Below are positions 63,728-64,000 of a stretch of 64,000 bases of DNA, piece by piece. The DNA lies in contig OZ336885.1 in the NCBI GenBank assembly GCA_965287045.1, positions 38,316,001 through 38,380,000 on the forward strand, read 5' to 3'. The DNA comes from Carcharhinus amblyrhynchos. Taxonomy: Eukaryota. A program made the position numbers and the translations under genes. The notes below the pieces were generated by a model. That model did not search any database. It was not told where the DNA came from and was given only the letters and a program-made list of their open reading frames with translations. The number at the start of each line of letters is the position of its first letter. The stretch's first letter is position 1.

Positions 63728-64000
63728 CTATGTCTGGGAGATTCTGAAATATAGCAACAGAGGACCAAGAAATTGATTTTAAAAAAGTGAGAGTAGAATA
63801 TGAATATGAACTAGCAAGAAACATAAAAACAGACTGTAAAAGCTTCTATAGGTATGTAAAAAAGTATGTTTGGCTCAGGGAAATATTGGTCCTTTACAGA
63901 CAGAGTCAAGAGAATTTATAATGAGGAGTGGAGAAATGGCAGAGAAACTAAATAATTAGTTTGTGTCTATCTTCTCTGAGGATAATATAAGAAAACTGCC

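Larger units (their letters stand above)
60710..64000 (+). mobile_element. Decayed CR1 LINE retaining its 5' end: ORF1 (zinc knuckle/leucine zipper + SGNH esterase) and ORF2 endonuclease; runs off the window
   Basis: From ATG 60910: VECSSCCMWEV..HICRKCHQLQKLELQVLEL, IEDSIVRGAD, PEVIVHIGTND, DRIHL. ORF2: LRALYLNA, YDLIDITEVWLQGD, and later NIKTDCKSFYRYVK. Confidence 0.85.

Noticed and set aside
30300-64000. TSHZ2 or other neighbouring-gene exons, CRISPR arrays or prokaryotic systems
   Set aside because: No recognisable host coding exon; the short ORFs are TE-derived or random, and the DNA is eukaryotic with no repeat-spacer array.

Overview
Eukaryotic (vertebrate) genomic DNA, almost certainly a shark or other elasmobranch judging by its repeats: V-SINE/HE1-like SINEs, Deu-domain SINEs, CR1/L2/RTE/Rex1 LINE fragments and Penelope-like elements. 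The only host protein-coding gene I can support is ZNF217, a C2H2 zinc-finger CtBP/CoREST-associated repressor on the + strand. It has four coding exons (2235-4002, 11356-11481, 15823-17544, 23934-24040; 1240 aa; three phase-1 GT-AG introns), then a probable 3'-UTR intron and a long TE-free 3' UTR. The promoter and first exon are not evident in the window. The remaining ~34 kb is repeat-rich non-coding DNA with a few enhancer-like blocks. The most notable observations are: (1) an extra N-terminal zinc-finger pair of ZNF516/ZNF536 type that human ZNF217 lacks, with the second finger degenerate; (2) Penelope-derived palindromes carrying minimal hammerhead-ribozyme cores in the introns on both sides of the in-frame ZF6 exon; (3) a 27-nt in-frame tandem duplication before ZF5; (4) multi-layer TE nests and SINE tail switching. 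Homology calls are from recalled sequences, not database searches, and repeat boundaries are approximate.
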